Assembly (NCBI GenBank): GCA_047495785.1
Contig: JBLDXI010000017.1
Span: 2,604,001 to 2,668,000 of the forward strand
Reading direction: 5' to 3'
Length of the DNA stretch: 64,000 bases
Source of the DNA: Lepidodermella squamata
Taxonomy: Eukaryota; Animalia; Gastrotricha
The position numbers were made by a program, and so were the translations under genes. The notes beneath the pieces are model-generated. The model was not told the origin of the DNA, made no database searches, and saw only the letters and a list, made by a program, of their open reading frames with translations. Of this stretch, positions 61,591 through 64,000 are shown one piece after another. The first letter of the stretch is position 1. Each line of letters begins with the position of its first letter.

Positions 61591-64000
61591 TTATGATAAA
61601 ACCTTCAATTTGTCAACAATGTTAAAATTTCCAGCATCACGAGCCAGATCTTGCGTCGTTCTGCCATCAATCGTTTTTAATGTGACTAGAGCTGGTCGTT
61701 TTTGAATCAGATATTCAACAACTGTCTCTCTGCCATATTTGGCTGCAAAGTGAAGAGCTGAAAACGACCGTTCCCCGTCTCTGCTGTTACACCTTATCGT
61801 CACGTCGGCGTTGTTTTCAACAAGAATTCGAACAACTTCGACATGACCCCGGGCTGTGAAAAACACGCATATTAGAACGTGAGGTCATTAAAATTTGAAG
61901 CTTGAAGAAAATACCCGCAGCTGCATGAAGAGGCGTTCGACCCGTCATCTCGTTGACCAAATCGATATTTGCCTTGGCCTCGACCAGGCGCGACACCACC
62001 TTGGAGTGGCCGCTATCGGCAGCGCGGTACAACGGGCTAGGTTGCGCATCGAGTTTCGCGCCTTGCGAGATCAGGTACTCAATCACTGATACACTTCTGC
62101 CATGAGTGGCTGCCACGCAAAGCGGCGAGCATCGCAAAGCATTTCCAAGGTCCAGAAGGTTTCGATTTCGCGAAAGTAAATATTTCAGAATATCGACATG
62201 TCCAAAAGCCGCTGTAAAATTTAAGCAAAGCCATTAAAGGGTGGGTGTGCGAGCGTAGCAGAAAAGTGAGTTGCGCTGCAGAGTGAACGTAGCAATAATC
62301 GAAATAGTGTAGCAAGAGCGCGTGTTAAGTAGCACTTAAACGTAATCCGCCGCACTTTCGGCTATTCCGCTGCGCAAACGCGTGTTATGACGCAGCAGGT
62401 AGTGCGACGGTCGCAGAAAAGTGGGTGAATGTAGCAAATTTTATTAATATACAAATTTATACCGGGGAACGGTACAATTTTGACAACAAACAGGTACAAC
62501 TTTGTAAAAAATTCCAGAAAATCAATTTAGGTGAATTTTTTCCAAATTTTACACCGTTAGAACCCCCTTATCCGAACGGTGCTAGAATTTTTAAAAAATT
62601 TTGGAAATTTTGGAAAAATTCTAGAATTATCTACATGAGACAGGCCTCATCGAAGTACCATTTGAAAATCGGTGAAGAAGTCTTTCAACGTAATTTTTTG
62701 AGTTGTCAAAATTGTACCTCAAAATCGCTGATTTGCAGGTAATTTACCTGGAACTGGCTCTTTAAAATGTACTTCTCGCACCTCAATAATTACTGGCTAA
62801 ACGCCAGCTTCATTTTGGTACGAAAAATTCTATCTAAAACCGCCAAGGTGAAAAGATCCAGAGGGGTGAGGTTCAATTCCAAAAATCAACAGTCAATAAT
62901 CAGATATAATCAGATCGATTCTAGTGATCAATCGAGGGGAAATTAAAGCCACAAAAATCATAAAAAAGCATTTAGTCCGAACTGAAGTCACACGTAGCAA
63001 TAGACAGTGGTAGAAGGCAAGCGACGTCAGCCCCACTTGCCTCTGCATGCGGCCCGCCGCCCTTCGTAACGCGCGCCATAGGTAGTCCGCCTCCTCTCAG
63101 CGCCAGTTCCACCGCCTCTCGCACCTACGCACCTACGCGCGCGCTTGAATTCTAAGTTTTGCGCACCTGAGCAGCGCGGTTAAAATTGACTTATTTTATT
63201 TAGGTTAATTATAACCCTTTTATTACATAGCCGCGCGAGCGGGATAAATTTTATTACTTCTGCCATCACTTCACCGTTTTATTCCACTTATCACATTATA
63301 AAATTCGTGTTGAAAATTCAATTAATTGGTAATTAAAACAGTGCTTTGGATTAGATTAGATTTGATTTGACTTGATTTAATTTTCAAAGCCGCTCCGATT
63401 TGTGAAAACCTCTTTAAAAAAGGGACATTGATTGATGTTGATCGATTGATATCAAAGGGTTACATTCGAATAATTTAGCGGTTTTTATACCAAAATAAAA
63501 TTCATTTGATTCTCTATCGATTGAATATGGGGTTGCAGTTGCCGGTACCTTGGCCGAAGCAACCCGCCAACAACCGCAGCGCGTCGCGAAAAAACAACTT
63601 AAATTTTGAAATTTTTCGATCAACCTTTGACGAATATCGACATAAAATTAAATGTAAATTAAATGTAATTGAGGCGTTTTCGGTTTGCTACGTTCACTCA
63701 GCTTTTTGCTACAATACCTCAGATATGCTACGTAACACCGTGTGGTGCTACATTCACTCAGTTTTACGAACATTTAGGTAATTCGTTACGCAACACACTT
63801 TTCTGCTACGCTCACTCAGGTTTATGCAGCGCTCGCCATTAAATCTATCGAAAATTGTAAGATTTAATGTAAACGGACACAAAAAAGTGCATAACTTGCG
63901 ATAAAAATTGCATTTTTGGCCAAAATGGCCAGCATGAGTGCGATGTAAAAAAGAGACAAAATAGTAGGGGATAAACTTATACCCGCCAAGTGGAAAGCTG
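61591..64000 (-). CDS. Ankyrin-repeat protein, 3' part; intron 62212-63982 holds a transposon
   Basis: AFHLA|AAFGH, SPLCVAATHG, SPLYRAADSGH, GRTPLHAAA|ARGH, SALHFAAKYG. Confidence 0.85.
62239..63834. mobile_element. Non-autonomous Mutator(MULE)-like element with a 9-bp TSD
   Basis: GCCATTAAA at both 62230-62238 and 63835-63843. Inverted GAGCGTAGCAGAAAAGTG.GTTGCG near both ends, with several subterminal GTGAA.GTAGCA repeats in mirrored orientation. Confidence 0.8.

Noticed and set aside
62240-63820. CRISPR-like repeats
   Set aside because: Eukaryotic context, irregular spacing and mirrored orientation. They are TE subterminal repeats.

Overview
This is a gene-dense window from a compact eukaryotic (invertebrate animal-type) genome, with GT-AG introns mostly about 50-60 nt long. 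Genes in order are: a PIKfyve/Fab1-like 5' part, three tandem core-1 beta-1,3-galactosyltransferases (C1GALT1), a CCDC175-like coiled-coil gene with a Myb/SANT gene nested in one intron, three tandem GH18 chitinases, an S1P phosphatase, a tight VPS25-MRPL55-LRRC57 cluster, a trypsin-like protease, a stum/SPEC3-like gene, a ~7 kb transposon-rich and decayed island, RSU1, three tandem MARVEL-like 4-TM genes, a SUSD2/Mesh-like gene, a Sushi/C-type lectin, PSMA3, DCTN1, a LINE RT fragment, TTC27 and a partial ankyrin-repeat gene. Several non-autonomous DNA elements are visible directly from inverted repeats and target-site duplications. The most notable observations are: (i) a ~560-bp palindromic element carrying two back-to-back, outward-facing tRNA-derived Pol III promoter cassettes; (ii) operon-like spacing plus frequent 3' splice acceptors just before start codons, suggesting SL trans-splicing; (iii) a same-strand nested Harbinger-type Myb/SANT gene; and (iv) paralog-specific changes in conserved residues, disulfides and introns within the tandem arrays. 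All homology calls come from remembered motifs, not database searches, and exon boundaries were read by hand.
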